NCBI RefSeq assembly: GCF_020734085.1
Contig: NZ_JAJAGH010000008.1
Coordinates: 5,743 to 69,742 of the forward strand
Length of the DNA: 64,000 bases
From: Hominibacterium faecale
Lineage (GTDB): Bacteria; Bacillota; Clostridia; Peptostreptococcales; Anaerovoracaceae
Direction: 5' to 3'
The notes beneath the pieces were generated by a model that did not search any database, had not been told where the DNA came from, and was given only the letters and a program-made list of their open reading frames with translations. Of the stretch, positions 28,859-37,924 are shown in pieces (positions within the stretch are counted from its first letter, which is position 1; each line of letters starts with the position of its first letter). Both the position numbers and the translations under genes were made by a program.

Positions 28859-30100
28859 ATGGCATACACCGAATTAATCAAAAACTTTGAACGTATCCGC
28901 AGCTACATGCGGGATTTTTACGTCTACGGCTTTAAGAGCCGGGACAACTTCAAACAAAAGAGCGCCCGCTCTTATGACAATGAGCGCCGGCGGATCGAAA
29001 GCTATCTGGGCGAATATATGAAGTTTCACCAGACGGCGACGGGTAAAAACGTTTTTCTATCCATCGACAGCCGCAGGACAAGGCAAAACCCTCTCTATAA
29101 AGCATGGAAGGCCAAAAGCTTTACGGACAGGGATATTACCCTGCATTTTTTGATTCTCGATATCCTCCACCAACCCGAAGAATGGCTGTCCTTGACTGAA
29201 ATTATGGAAAAACTGGAAAGCGAGTACCTATCCCGCTTTCGGGAACCGATGATCCTGGATGAATCCACCGTTCGCAAGAAACTGAAGGAATATATCGGAC
29301 TGGGCATTCTTGCAGATCGGAAACAAGGCAGACAGATGTATTACAGCAGGAGCGGGGAGCTGGCGATTGAGCCGATGAGGGAGGCCATCGCCTTTTTTTC
29401 AGAAACCGCGCCGGCGGGCGTGATCGGCAGCTTTCTGCTGGATCAGCCGGGAATGGAAAGCTCCGTGTTCACCTTTAAGCACCACTACATTGCCTGCACA
29501 CTGGACGATGAAATTTTGTGCCGCCTGCTTTCCGCAATTTCTGACGAAAAAGAGATCGCTCTGCAGCTGACAACAAAGAATCCGCACACCAACTCCACGA
29601 GGCGGGCGGTGCCTTTAAAAATCTTTGCCAGCACACAAAACGGCAGGCGGTATTTGATGGGCTACGACCGGAAGCAGCGAAAAATCACAGCTTACCGCCT
29701 GGATCGAATCGTAAAGATAGACGAAGGAGAGGTTTCACCGGATTTTGCCAGGCTGAGGGAAAAACTTGAGACCATCCGGCCGCAGATATGGGGTGTTGTC
29801 TGCGAGAGCAGAAGCACCGCCCTGGAACATGTGGAGTTCACCATACAGATCGGGGAGGGAGAGGAGCACATCTATCAAAGATTGATACGGGAAAAGCGGT
29901 GCGGCACGGTGGAGCGCCTGGACAGCAGCACCTGCAGGTTTACCGCAGACGTCTACGACAGCGGAGAAATGATCCCCTGGATCAGAACCTTTATCGGGAG
30001 GATCCTTTCCATGAACTTTTCCAATCGGACCATTGAAAATCAATTCCGGCAGGATATTGAAGAAATGTGCCGGCTCTATGGCATAGGAGGTGAAGGGTAA
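28859..30100 (+). CDS. WYL-domain transcriptional regulator (PafB/PafC-like), subunit 1
   Basis: N-terminal wHTH-like region. WYL core RRYLMGYDRKQRKITAYRLDRI. Confidence 0.55.
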   Translation: MAYTELIKNFERIRSYMRDFYVYGFKSRDNFKQKSARSYDNERRRIESYLGEYMKFHQTATGKNVFLSIDSRRTRQNPLYKAWKAKSFTDRDITLHFLILDILHQPEEWLSLTEIMEKLESEYLSRFREPMILDESTVRKKLKEYIGLGILADRKQGRQMYYSRSGELAIEPMREAIAFFSETAPAGVIGSFLLDQPGMESSVFTFKHHYIACTLDDEILCRLLSAISDEKEIALQLTTKNPHTNSTRRAVPLKIFASTQNGRRYLMGYDRKQRKITAYRLDRIVKIDEGEVSPDFARLREKLETIRPQIWGVVCESRSTALEHVEFTIQIGEGEEHIYQRLIREKRCGTVERLDSSTCRFTADVYDSGEMIPWIRTFIGRILSMNFSNRTIENQFRQDIEEMCRLYGIGGEG

Positions 30101-31008
30101 TGCTGTTTCATGAAATCTACGGCTGTTACTACAATACGGTCGCCAGGATCCTCAAAGAAGCGCGGAAGGGAACCGTCGATTGGGATGCGATGAGGCAGAT
30201 CGTTTCGGAAAATGCCTTTTCGGAGAGTTTTCTGACAATCGAGCCGGCACTGAAAAAACAAGAATGGAAGCTGATCGATGAAAAGGGGCTCACGCCGCTG
30301 AAGCACGACCCTTCCCTGCCGGTGAGCCTGCTTCAAAAGCGCTGGTTGAAAGCGATCAGCCTGGATCCGAGGATACAGCTCTTCGACGTGAATTTTGAAG
30401 GGCTGGAGGGCATAGAGCCTTTGTTCACACCCCAGGACTATGTGGTCTTTGATCAATATGACGACGGGGATCCATATGATGACCAAGCGTACCGCGAAAA
30501 CTTCCGGATGATCCTCGATGCCATAAAAAATCAGAAGCAAGTTCACGTGCTCTATGAAAACCGCAAGGGGTCGGCGCGGGAGTTTGTTTGTGTGCCCTAT
30601 CAGATGGAATACTCGGAAAAAGACGACAAGTTCAGAGCCCTGGTGGCGGGTACCAGATATGCGGATATTGTCAATATCGCCAGGATAAAAGAGTGCCGCC
30701 CGGTGGGACAAAGCGATGGGCAGATAAAAGAGCCTGCGGTAAAAAAATCGGATTATTTTGTTTTAGAACTGACCGATGAAAGAAACGCTTTGGAACGGGT
30801 GATGCTCCATTTTGCCCATTTCCAAAAGGAAGCGGAGCAGCTTTCGGATCATCGATATCGGCTGCGAATTGATTACCAGCGGGATGATGAAACGGAACTG
30901 GTGATCCGGGTGCTTTCTTTCGGCCCCATGGTAAAGGTCACCGAACCGGCAGGCTTTTTAGAACGGATCAAAGAAAGACTGATGATGCAAAAAGATTGCG
31001 GACTTTAA
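30100..31008 (+). CDS. WYL-domain protein, subunit 2 (overlaps upstream by TAATG)
   Basis: WYL-like block VHVLYENRKGSAREFVCVPYQMEY. 1-nt stop/start overlap suggests a co-translated heteromeric pair. Confidence 0.5.
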   Translation: MLFHEIYGCYYNTVARILKEARKGTVDWDAMRQIVSENAFSESFLTIEPALKKQEWKLIDEKGLTPLKHDPSLPVSLLQKRWLKAISLDPRIQLFDVNFEGLEGIEPLFTPQDYVVFDQYDDGDPYDDQAYRENFRMILDAIKNQKQVHVLYENRKGSAREFVCVPYQMEYSEKDDKFRALVAGTRYADIVNIARIKECRPVGQSDGQIKEPAVKKSDYFVLELTDERNALERVMLHFAHFQKEAEQLSDHRYRLRIDYQRDDETELVIRVLSFGPMVKVTEPAGFLERIKERLMMQKDCGL

Positions 31009-31181
31009 TAAGGTTCGCAACTTTTTTTCCATGATATAGGAAACCATTCCCAGTATACTAAAAACTGCAAGAATGCTTAAGCATGTGTCTGCGGCCGTAC
31101 ATGGGCCGGGCACTGCGGTGCGCCAGGTGTACCGGGGCGTATGTCAAAGCATGAACTGCACATGGATGGCAATCGCAAAAG

Positions 31182-31250
31182 CGATGGGGTTCGACTCCCC
31201 AGATCGCAGGTTCGATTCCTGCCTGAGTTTATCTGACTCAGCCAAGCGGT
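31182..31250 (+). other. tandem tRNA T-arm-like hairpins (GGGGTTCGACTCCCC and GCAGGTTCGATTCCTGC) plus a third hairpin, inside a 525-bp noncoding leader
   Basis: Two GGTTCGAnTCC T-loop-like motifs, each followed by a 7-nt acceptor-like segment. No D-arm or anticodon arm can be fitted, so this is not an intact tRNA. Confidence 0.35.
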
Positions 31251-31534
31251 TTTGGTAAGTAAAATTGTGTTTTGTCTGAAAGACGAAAACAGATGACATC
31301 CGTCATCTCAAGTAAGGCAATAGGCCACGTCAAGTCGTCCTTGATCAGATATGCGTCTGGTGAAGGAGCAGGCTGACAATGAGCATTGTACCCTGCCGGA
31401 AAGAGGATACCGTTTTGTGCGCCCCAGCCGGCCAGAGCATCTGCTTCCGCCGCTGCGGCAGCAAACTGAATGTTTCCGCCGTACCATGTTCATGGCAGAT
31501 TGCCAAACGAATTTCAACTGGGAGGTTTATTTAT

Positions 31535-32623
31535 ATGAAGAAAATTATCAATGAAAATCAAAGGGGGCTCCTGTTTAAAAAAGGCCGGTTTATCAGACTG
31601 GTGGAGCCGGGAGGCTGCTATTTGTTCGGCGGCGCGCAAGTGGAAATTGTTGAACTGGATGAGCCTTTGGAGCCGGTGACCTGTTCTTTGGATGTGCTTT
31701 TGAGAAATGAGGCTGTTCAGGAGCAGGTGGAGGTAGTCAATGTGGGAGATGAGGAACTGGTCCTCCACTTTGTCAACGGGCGTTTTGACCAATGCCTGGA
31801 TACGGGAAGATATGCCTTTTGGTCCCTTTATGATCGGCATGAATTCATTTCCGCAGGGATTGACCGCCCGGAAGTGGCGCAGGAGATTCCCGCTCACATC
31901 TTCGACAAGATTCCCGCCAGCTATTACATAAAAACAGAGGTTGCTGAATACGAAAAGGGCGTGCTGTTCTATGATCAGAAATTCGTCGGCGTACTGGATG
32001 CAGGCACCTATTATTTCTGGAGGGGCAAGACAAAGGTGAACGTTAAGCTGGTGGATACCCGTCTGACGAGGATGGAGATCAGCGGCCAGGAGATTCTTTC
32101 CAAAGATAAAGTGACTCTGCGTATCAATTTTGTGTGCAACTATCAGGTTGTGGATTGGGTAAAAGCGATCATCAAGCTGGATAATTACCAAGAACAGCTG
32201 CACGTAGCTGCTCAGCTGATCCTCCGCGAGTATGCGGGAAATTATCGCATCGACGAGATTTTGGAAAACAAGGAAGAACTGGCGGAGAAAGTGTTTCAGA
32301 AGTTGAAAGAAAAGGAAGCGGATCTGTACGTGCAGATCAAAGAAGCGGGTATCAAAGATATTATCCTGCCCGGAGAAATACGGGAAATTATGAACACGGT
32401 CCTTATCGCGGAAAAACGCGCTCAGGCCAACGTGATCACCAGGAGGGAGGAAGTGGCGTCCACCCGTTCCCTTCTGAACACAGCCAAGCTGATGGATGAA
32501 AACAAGACCCTTTACAAACTGAAAGAGCTGGAATATGTGGAGAAAATATGCGAAAATGTAGGAGAGATTTCGGTGGCGGGAGGCGATTTGCTGGGACAGC
32601 TGCGTGAGATCGTCGGCCGTTAG
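31535..32623 (+). CDS. SPFH/band-7 domain protein
   Basis: Start set at MKKIINENQRG (GGAGG RBS at 31521-25). C-terminal SPFH core plus coiled coil. The N-terminal G-LF-KG-F motif occurs twice (internal duplication). Confidence 0.7.
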   Translation: MKKIINENQRGLLFKKGRFIRLVEPGGCYLFGGAQVEIVELDEPLEPVTCSLDVLLRNEAVQEQVEVVNVGDEELVLHFVNGRFDQCLDTGRYAFWSLYDRHEFISAGIDRPEVAQEIPAHIFDKIPASYYIKTEVAEYEKGVLFYDQKFVGVLDAGTYYFWRGKTKVNVKLVDTRLTRMEISGQEILSKDKVTLRINFVCNYQVVDWVKAIIKLDNYQEQLHVAAQLILREYAGNYRIDEILENKEELAEKVFQKLKEKEADLYVQIKEAGIKDIILPGEIREIMNTVLIAEKRAQANVITRREEVASTRSLLNTAKLMDENKTLYKLKELEYVEKICENVGEISVAGGDLLGQLREIVGR

Positions 32624-32649
32624 CGGGATTGCGGCAAGGAGGTCCTGTA

Positions 32650-32931
32650 ATGCAAATTCTATATCTTACAATAAAACTTTATGCTCCCTGGGTTCACTCT
32701 CTGAAAGAAAAGCGGATGATCGTCAAGAGTCTGTGCGCCAGGCTCCGCAATAAATTCAACATAGCAATCGCAGAGACGGCAGAGCAGGATACCCACCAGA
32801 CGGTCGTCGTTGGTATAGCTGCTCTGGCAGCGCATCAGGCTCAGGCTGACAGCATGATGGAGAAAATCGTTCATTTTATCGAAGAGACAGTAGAGACAGA
32901 GGTTCAGTCTGTGGAGTATGAGATGAGGTGA
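32650..32931 (+). CDS. DUF503 (YlxP-like) protein
   Basis: MQILYLTIKLYAPWVHSLKEKR...FNIAIAETAEQDTHQ matches the DUF503 pattern. AAGGAGG RBS. Confidence 0.55.
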   Translation: MQILYLTIKLYAPWVHSLKEKRMIVKSLCARLRNKFNIAIAETAEQDTHQTVVVGIAALAAHQAQADSMMEKIVHFIEETVETEVQSVEYEMR

Positions 32932-33015
32932 AAGCCCTCCGCTTGCCTTTTTTCCCAGTTCAGATTAAAATAGAATTGCAGTTAATTTCTGATAAGGGGA
33001 CGAGGAGGTACTTCA

Positions 33016-34425
33016 ATGAAAAGCCATAATCTCGATAAAGACACCAGGGCGGAATTGTTTGATGTGCTGCTGGAAAACTCCTTTATAGGAATAACGATAA
33101 CAGATGAAAAGGGCGAAATCGTAGTTGTAAACGAGGCTCAATCAAGGATAACCAATATACCAATCGTGGAATCAATCGGGGCAAATATGGAAAGCTATGT
33201 GGAAAGCAACTATATTTCCCAGTCCGCATCCATGCAGGTAATTCAGGATAAAAAACGAGTGGTGATTAACCAGAAATTATCTGCGGGCAAGTCCCATGTC
33301 GTTGAAGGTATTCCTGTGATGGATGATGCTGATCATATAAAATATACGGTCAATTTTTTATTGGATGAATCGGAACTGGAGGAAGCAAGGCAGGAAATCG
33401 AAACGGTTTCATCTGACAAAGAAAAACTTTTCAACAAGTATCAAGAATTGCTGGAAATCCTGAACGAACAGGAAGACATCATCTATCAGAGCAAGGTTAT
33501 GCGGGATATCGTGTATCTTGCGAGCCGAGTAGCTGATCGGGATGTAGCAGTGCTGATCACAGGGCCGTCCGGTTCGGGAAAGGAATTGATCGCCAATCTG
33601 CTTCATGAAAAGAGCAGGCGAAAAACGCGACCGTTCGTAAAAATAAATTGTTCGGCAATACCGGAGCAGCTGTTGGAATCAGAGCTGTTCGGATACGAGC
33701 CGGGCGCTTTTACCGGAGGAGCGCCAAAGGGTAAGGCAGGGCTGCTCGAGTATGCGGACGGAGGGTCTATACTGCTGGACGAAATCGGCGAAATGCCGAT
33801 GCAGCTGCAGGCCAAGCTCTTGCGGGTGCTGCAGGACCAGCAGGTACGCAGGATAGGCAGCACGAAAGATATTAAGGTTGATGTACGGATTATTGCTTCT
33901 ACAAATGCAGATTTGAAAAAGCTCATTGCAGAAAAAAAGTTCAGGGAAGACTTGTATTACAGGATCAATATCGTAGATATCAAAATGCCCGGACTGGATA
34001 AGCGCAGAGAAGACATACCGCTTTTGATCGCTCATTTTGAAAAACGTTTTAATCAAAAATATGATTTCAATAAAAAATTCAGCATTGATGCCATCAATTA
34101 TCTGATGGGTTTGGACTATTGCGGAAATGTTCGAGAATTGCAAAACATCGTCGAGCGGCTCATTGTCCAAAGTTCGAATGATGTTATTACTTTGGAGGAA
34201 GCCTTTGCTGCCATGGGTATCCTCACCATCGAGGAGGATGGGGAAGGAGGAAGGGAACTTATCAAAGTAGAAGAAGAGATGTCACTGAAAAAGATTATGG
34301 AACAATATGAAAGAAAGATCCTTCTTCATTATAAAAAAGTATATGGCAAAGGCACAGTGATGGCAGAAAAACTAAAGACTGACCAAGCCACAATCTCTAG
34401 GAAGCTAAAAAAATACGGTTTATAG
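33016..34425 (+). CDS. sigma-54-dependent transcriptional activator (PAS, AAA+, HTH)
   Basis: Walker A GPSGSGKE, GAFTGG sigma-54 contact motif, ESELFGYEPGAFTGG, and C-terminal HTH. Confidence 0.85.
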   Translation: MKSHNLDKDTRAELFDVLLENSFIGITITDEKGEIVVVNEAQSRITNIPIVESIGANMESYVESNYISQSASMQVIQDKKRVVINQKLSAGKSHVVEGIPVMDDADHIKYTVNFLLDESELEEARQEIETVSSDKEKLFNKYQELLEILNEQEDIIYQSKVMRDIVYLASRVADRDVAVLITGPSGSGKELIANLLHEKSRRKTRPFVKINCSAIPEQLLESELFGYEPGAFTGGAPKGKAGLLEYADGGSILLDEIGEMPMQLQAKLLRVLQDQQVRRIGSTKDIKVDVRIIASTNADLKKLIAEKKFREDLYYRINIVDIKMPGLDKRREDIPLLIAHFEKRFNQKYDFNKKFSIDAINYLMGLDYCGNVRELQNIVERLIVQSSNDVITLEEAFAAMGILTIEEDGEGGRELIKVEEEMSLKKIMEQYERKILLHYKKVYGKGTVMAEKLKTDQATISRKLKKYGL

Positions 34426-34426
34426 A

Positions 34427-34470
34427 AAATATGCAGGAATACAATATTTGCGTTCCTGCATATTTTATGT
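34427..34470 (+). terminator. intrinsic terminator
   Basis: 13-bp stem aaatatgcaggaa / ttcctgcatattt with T-rich tail. Confidence 0.5.
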
Positions 34471-34518
34471 TTAAGGCTGGATATTTAGAGCTTTTCGGTG
34501 GTAATACGGCCCATAATA

Positions 34519-34530
34519 TGCAAAATTGCA
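34519..34530. promoter_or_regulatory. perfect palindrome TGCAAAATTGCA, candidate UAS for the adjacent sigma-54 activator
   Basis: 12-bp palindrome about 110 bp upstream of the -24/-12 promoter. Confidence 0.35.
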
Positions 34531-34640
34531 AGAATCCCTTTTGGAGCAGCAAAGGCAGAAGAACATAAAAGAGACCCCACTTTGCTTAAAAAACCTTTTA
34601 TATTTACAAATATTAAGAAAATTCTGCGCAGCGGCAGCGT

Positions 34641-34656
34641 TGGCATCATAGTTGCG
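34641..34656 (+). promoter_or_regulatory. sigma-54 promoter TGGCATcatagTTGCG (-24 GG / -12 GC)
   Basis: GG and GC dinucleotides at canonical spacing, about 65 nt upstream of the amidohydrolase start. Confidence 0.6.
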
Positions 34657-34717
34657 CTGTAAATAAGAAATTTGTAAATAAGAGGTTTTTTGTTTTGCAG
34701 AAGAAAAGGAGGGTGTT

Positions 34718-36337
34718 ATGTTTCACACAAAAACAATAGCGGATATTGTCATAAAAAATGGCAATGTCGTGACGGTCAACAATGGCAATGAAATACAGGA
34801 GGCCATCGCCATTAAGGAAGAAAAAATCATTTTTGTCGGCAGGACAAACGATGCAGAAGAACTGATCGGTAAGAGGACAAAGGTAATCGACGCTCAGGGA
34901 AAAACAGTCATGCCGGGATTTGTCGATGCTCATCTTCACTTGGGAATGTTTGGTTTGCTCGGCCATGGAGTCATAGATATCAGCTATCCAAAGGTTAAGT
35001 CCATCGAAGATATCAAAAGGCTGATCCGGGAGGCTGCCAAAAAGAGTGCACCGGGACGCTGGATCAAACTGCAGGGATATGATCACAACAAGCTGGAGGA
35101 AAAGAGACATCCCTCCAAAGAGGATTTGGATGAGGCCGCTCCAGAGAACCCAGTCCAGTGTATGAGATGCTGCGCCCATCTGAGCGTTTATAATTCACCG
35201 GCGCTGAAGCTGGCAGGCATTCGAGATGATACAGGCTATGCGCCGGGAGAAGTGGTGATGAATGATAAACATGAACCCCATGGATTGTTAAAGGAAACGG
35301 CTCATTGGAATGCCTGCGAGATCGTAGAATTTTACGATGAAGAGCTGAGGGGCGGCTACAAGAACGCAGATCAAATCCTGACATCTTACGGAATAACATC
35401 AGCCCATGACGCAGGAGGGTATGGCAGCAGCTATTACAGGATCATGCAGGATATGTGTAATAACAGTGAGCTGAATACTAAAATGTACTCAATGCTGTTT
35501 AATTTATTTGGAAAGGAATCCGCCCGTAATTTTTTAAAGCTTTTCGTGGGAACAGGCATACATACAGGGTGTGGAAATGAACGATTCAAATTGGGGCCTG
35601 CGAAAATCATGCTGGACGGCAGCTCCAGCGGACCTTCATCGGCGATGATCGAGCCTTATTGCCATTTGCCTTCAAAGGGGATCCTAGTATGGACCCAAGA
35701 AGAAGCGGACAAAATGGTAGCTGATCTCCACAGAAAAGGCTATCAGGTCACAGCGCATGCAGTAGGGGACCAGGCAGTGACGATCATTGTAAATGCAATC
35801 GAAAAGGCTATGAACGAATATCCAAGGGAGGATTGCAGACACAGAATCGAACACTGTGGCATTGTAAACTCCCAATTGCTCGATCAAATAGCGGAGCTGA
35901 ACATAATTCCAATCGCAAACCCCGCTTTTATAGCGATAAACGGTGCCGATTACAATCGCTTTTACGGTATGCGGACAGAATACATGTTTCCTCTTAAAAG
36001 CTATTTGGAAAAAGGGATCGTGGCTGCTCTGGGGTCAGACGCTCCGGTTTCTTATCCAAACCCCATGTACAGTTTTTTCGGTGCCCTCAACAGAAAAGAT
36101 CTGAAAACAGGAGAGCCGGTAGGGGCGGGCCAGAAGGTGGAACTGATGGAAGTCATACGAATGTTTACCTACAACGGGGCGTATGCCTCCTTTGATGAGG
36201 ATATGAAAGGAAGTCTGGAAGAGGGGAAGCTGGCAGATGTGATTATTCTCAGTGAAAATATTTTTGATTGCCCGAAGGAAGAGATCATGAGAATCACAGT
36301 GGAGACCGTCATATCAGGCGGCGAAATCGCAGGTTAA
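34718..36337 (+). CDS. amidohydrolase-family metal-dependent hydrolase (Amidohydro_3-like)
   Basis: VMPGFVDAHLHLG metal-binding motif. 539 aa. Confidence 0.7.
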   Translation: MFHTKTIADIVIKNGNVVTVNNGNEIQEAIAIKEEKIIFVGRTNDAEELIGKRTKVIDAQGKTVMPGFVDAHLHLGMFGLLGHGVIDISYPKVKSIEDIKRLIREAAKKSAPGRWIKLQGYDHNKLEEKRHPSKEDLDEAAPENPVQCMRCCAHLSVYNSPALKLAGIRDDTGYAPGEVVMNDKHEPHGLLKETAHWNACEIVEFYDEELRGGYKNADQILTSYGITSAHDAGGYGSSYYRIMQDMCNNSELNTKMYSMLFNLFGKESARNFLKLFVGTGIHTGCGNERFKLGPAKIMLDGSSSGPSSAMIEPYCHLPSKGILVWTQEEADKMVADLHRKGYQVTAHAVGDQAVTIIVNAIEKAMNEYPREDCRHRIEHCGIVNSQLLDQIAELNIIPIANPAFIAINGADYNRFYGMRTEYMFPLKSYLEKGIVAALGSDAPVSYPNPMYSFFGALNRKDLKTGEPVGAGQKVELMEVIRMFTYNGAYASFDEDMKGSLEEGKLADVIILSENIFDCPKEEIMRITVETVISGGEIAG

Positions 36338-36354
36338 ATGGGAGGAGGATTTAA

Positions 36355-37491
36355 ATGGATATAAATTTAGTTAAGAAAAGCAGAAGGCGCGCCTGGCTGG
36401 TTGTAACTGCGGGATTTTTTACTTATTTCTTTATTTATGGTTCGGCATTCAACTGTTTTGGTCTGTTTCTTACACCAATGACTGAAACGCTAGGGGTATC
36501 GAGGACAATCATATCCAGTCTTTTTACCATAGAGCTGCTGGTAGCTATACCGGGCGCTTTGATCTTTGGCAGAATCGCCGACAAAAGGGATCTGAAATGG
36601 CCAATGGCAATATGCTGTGCGCTGGTGGGCATAGGATATATCATGTATGCTACTGTAACTTCGGTGGCGCTGCTTTATATAGCAGCCGGACTGATCGGTA
36701 TTGGAATTGCAGGAACCATACAAATACCGGCGGCGATTTTCATTGATGGCTGGTTCATCAAAAGAAAAGGATTTGCTATGGGCGTCACCATGGTTGGAAG
36801 CGGTGTGGGTGGAACGATACTATCGCAGGTCCTCACACGCGTCATTCAGTCATCTGGATGGGAAGCCGCCTATTTTGGCCTGGGCGCAGCAATCATTGTC
36901 ATTACGGTTCCGCTCACTTTGGCCTTCGTTACAAAAACGCCGCATACTAAAAATATGCTCCGATATGGCGAAGAAGATGAGGCGTATATTGAGAAACTGA
37001 AAGCATCTGAATATGCGGCTTCAGAAAAAGAAGGCGATATAAGAGAGATCATGCGTAAACCAGAATTCTGGGTGCTGTTCATAGGTGTATTCTGTTTTAT
37101 GCTGCCGATGGGAGCCATCAAAGGCCATGTAGTAGCTTATTTAGGCGACCTGGGATATTCACCTCAGCTTGCGGCAAATATCCTAACCATTATGGTGTTT
37201 ACCGTGATACCGGGAAAGCCGTGTACAGGCATATTTTACGATAAGCTGGATTCCAGGATCGCCACTGCCATATGCGGAGTATGCATGGCAGGCGGACTGT
37301 TCTTCTCTTTGGGGGCAGGAGCCGGGATTATATTCGCGATCGCCTTTGCTGCAATTTATGGATTCGGATCAGCACTGGCATTGCTTTTGTCGGCGATCAT
37401 CATCGCCATAGGATATCTGGCATGTATCATCGCATTGACAATGAGCAAAAGAAGGAAAAGGCAGAGCAGGAAACATAATTTCTGTAATTAA
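36355..37491 (+). CDS. MFS transporter
   Basis: 12 TM. GAGGAGG RBS. Confidence 0.8.
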   Translation: MDINLVKKSRRRAWLVVTAGFFTYFFIYGSAFNCFGLFLTPMTETLGVSRTIISSLFTIELLVAIPGALIFGRIADKRDLKWPMAICCALVGIGYIMYATVTSVALLYIAAGLIGIGIAGTIQIPAAIFIDGWFIKRKGFAMGVTMVGSGVGGTILSQVLTRVIQSSGWEAAYFGLGAAIIVITVPLTLAFVTKTPHTKNMLRYGEEDEAYIEKLKASEYAASEKEGDIREIMRKPEFWVLFIGVFCFMLPMGAIKGHVVAYLGDLGYSPQLAANILTIMVFTVIPGKPCTGIFYDKLDSRIATAICGVCMAGGLFFSLGAGAGIIFAIAFAAIYGFGSALALLLSAIIIAIGYLACIIALTMSKRRKRQSRKHNFCN

Positions 37492-37531
37492 GGAACGTCC
37501 GATAATCGGCTCCGAACAGGGCGGCGTCAGG
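37482..37531. repeat. 50-bp composite junction: 21 nt identical to nnr (56273-56293) fused directly to 29 nt identical to mazF (57161-57189)
   Basis: ctgtaattaaggaacgtccga + taatcggctccgaacagggcggcgtcagg. In the full copy the two pieces lie 870 bp apart. GTCCG microhomology sits at the junction. Confidence 0.6.
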
Positions 37532-37583
37532 ACAAGCGGTACAAAACATCTGATTTACAGGCCGCATAGATAAAAAGCAGAAA

Positions 37584-37623
37584 TAAGTCAAAAACGACTA
37601 TGTGAATAGTCGTTTTTGACTAT
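37584..37623. promoter_or_regulatory. perfect 16-bp inverted repeat AGTCAAAAACGACTAT-gtga-ATAGTCGTTTTTGACT (candidate EBP UAS)
   Basis: Lies about 170 bp upstream of the sigma-54 promoter at 37783. The same motif family recurs at 37670-37687 and at 54193-54315. Confidence 0.45.
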
Positions 37624-37782
37624 AAAAATAACGTTGTTTGGGATGAATTCCTTCCTATTTTAAGAGCGGATAGTCAATTTTAGCTAGCAATAAAAATGCC
37701 TGGCTAAAATGAAATTGAAGAAAAACCTTTTGTTTCAAGGAAATAGAAGGTTTTTTGTGCGTTTCTTGAAACTAAATGTATT

Positions 37783-37798
37783 TGGCATACAATTTGCA
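37783..37798 (+). promoter_or_regulatory. sigma-54 promoter TGGCATacaatTTGCA
   Basis: Canonical -24 GG / -12 GC spacing, about 127 nt upstream of the GAPDH start. Confidence 0.55.
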
Positions 37799-37924
37799 AT
37801 ATATTAAGGTCAGTATATTATCAACAAGGACTCGGAGGCGCCGTTAATGCAGCTTGCAGATCATGCCATCTGCGGAGCTTTAAAAAAGGTGATTCCGGAA
37901 ATGAGTGAACGAGGAGGAGAAACA

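Noticed and set aside
31182-31231. Intact tRNA gene at the T-arm-like motifs
   Set aside because: No D-arm, anticodon arm or matching 5' acceptor strand can be placed. The first T-arm is immediately flanked by its own 5-bp closing stem.
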